From Acidimicrobiales bacterium (GTDB lineage Bacteria; Actinomycetota; Acidimicrobiia; Acidimicrobiales; SZUA-35), in contig JAHDFH010000001.1 of assembly GCA_020628305.1 (NCBI GenBank), forward strand, positions 65,306 through 129,305: DNA of 64,000 nt, given 5' to 3'. Shown here in pieces: positions 63,885-64,000 of the stretch. Within the stretch, counting starts at the first letter, position 1. Each line of letters starts with the position of its first letter. The translations under genes and the position numbers were made by a program. Below the pieces are notes generated by a model, which did no database searches, was not told where the DNA came from, and saw only the letters and a list, made by a program, of their open reading frames with translations.

Positions 63885-64000
63885 AATAGAGGCAAAAATT
63901 GCTCCAGGGGCGTAAAAATAGCAGGCATTTCACCGATAGTTTTAGGTGAGCCAGATTGACGTCACAGAGGAGAATTCAGACAGCCTTGATCATGATCTCC

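Noticed and set aside
1-64000. Search for tRNA, rRNA, tmRNA, IS elements, an integrase or a prophage.
   Set aside because: No intergenic region shows cloverleaf-compatible sequence or rRNA-like conservation. No ORF carries transposase (DDE), tyrosine or serine recombinase, or phage structural motifs that I could recognise by eye.
63985-64000. Possible start of another gene at the right edge (GAGGAG followed by TTG ATC ATG...).
   Set aside because: Only a few codons are visible, so this is not enough to support a call.

Overview
The window is a 64-kb chromosomal segment that looks actinobacterial, possibly Acidimicrobiia-like. That guess rests on the sigma-70 sequence, frequent GTG/TTG starts, roughly 50% GC and a SHMT with a C-terminal tail; no search was run. 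About 65 protein genes are supported. I found no rRNA, tRNA, CRISPR array, transposase or integrase.

The segment is dominated by respiration:
- (i) A non-canonical Rieske/cytochrome b cluster at 14490-20408. It has a split b6-like cytochrome b plus a subunit-IV-like protein, a Rieske protein and a 555-aa diheme cytochrome c. It also carries a 2x[4Fe-4S] ferredoxin-fold protein and two unknown membrane proteins, and it is translationally coupled to nuoA.
- (ii) A 14-subunit nuoA-N operon at 20408-36613. It is interrupted between nuoB and nuoC by an antisense orphan gene plus a repeat element.
- (iii) A second, divergent 11-subunit nuo operon without nuoEFG at 45386-55902.

The remaining genes are housekeeping or envelope genes: nhaA, a PQQ sugar dehydrogenase, a GtrA / alpha-beta hydrolase / membrane-anchored MurF-like ligase / ddl cluster, dus, rpiA, dapD, glyA, an MFS and an EamA transporter. 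There are also several orphan genes.

Observations most worth follow-up:
- A dense family of short hairpin repeats dispersed through the intergenic regions. One locus has complete repeat units bracketing a small GIY-YIG nuclease gene, in a RAYT/REP-like layout.
- A G-rich-loop hairpin family, including one in-frame copy inside nuoL.
- A 15-aa peptide motif (IPEHLLKRSKAAKSK) shared by two respiratory proteins with different codons.
- A photolyase homolog whose domains appear circularly permuted.
- A MurF-like ligase whose N-terminal domain is replaced by transmembrane helices.
- A NDUFAF7/MidA-type methyltransferase near the second nuo operon.

All functional calls come from motif recognition by eye. 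No database search or computation was run.
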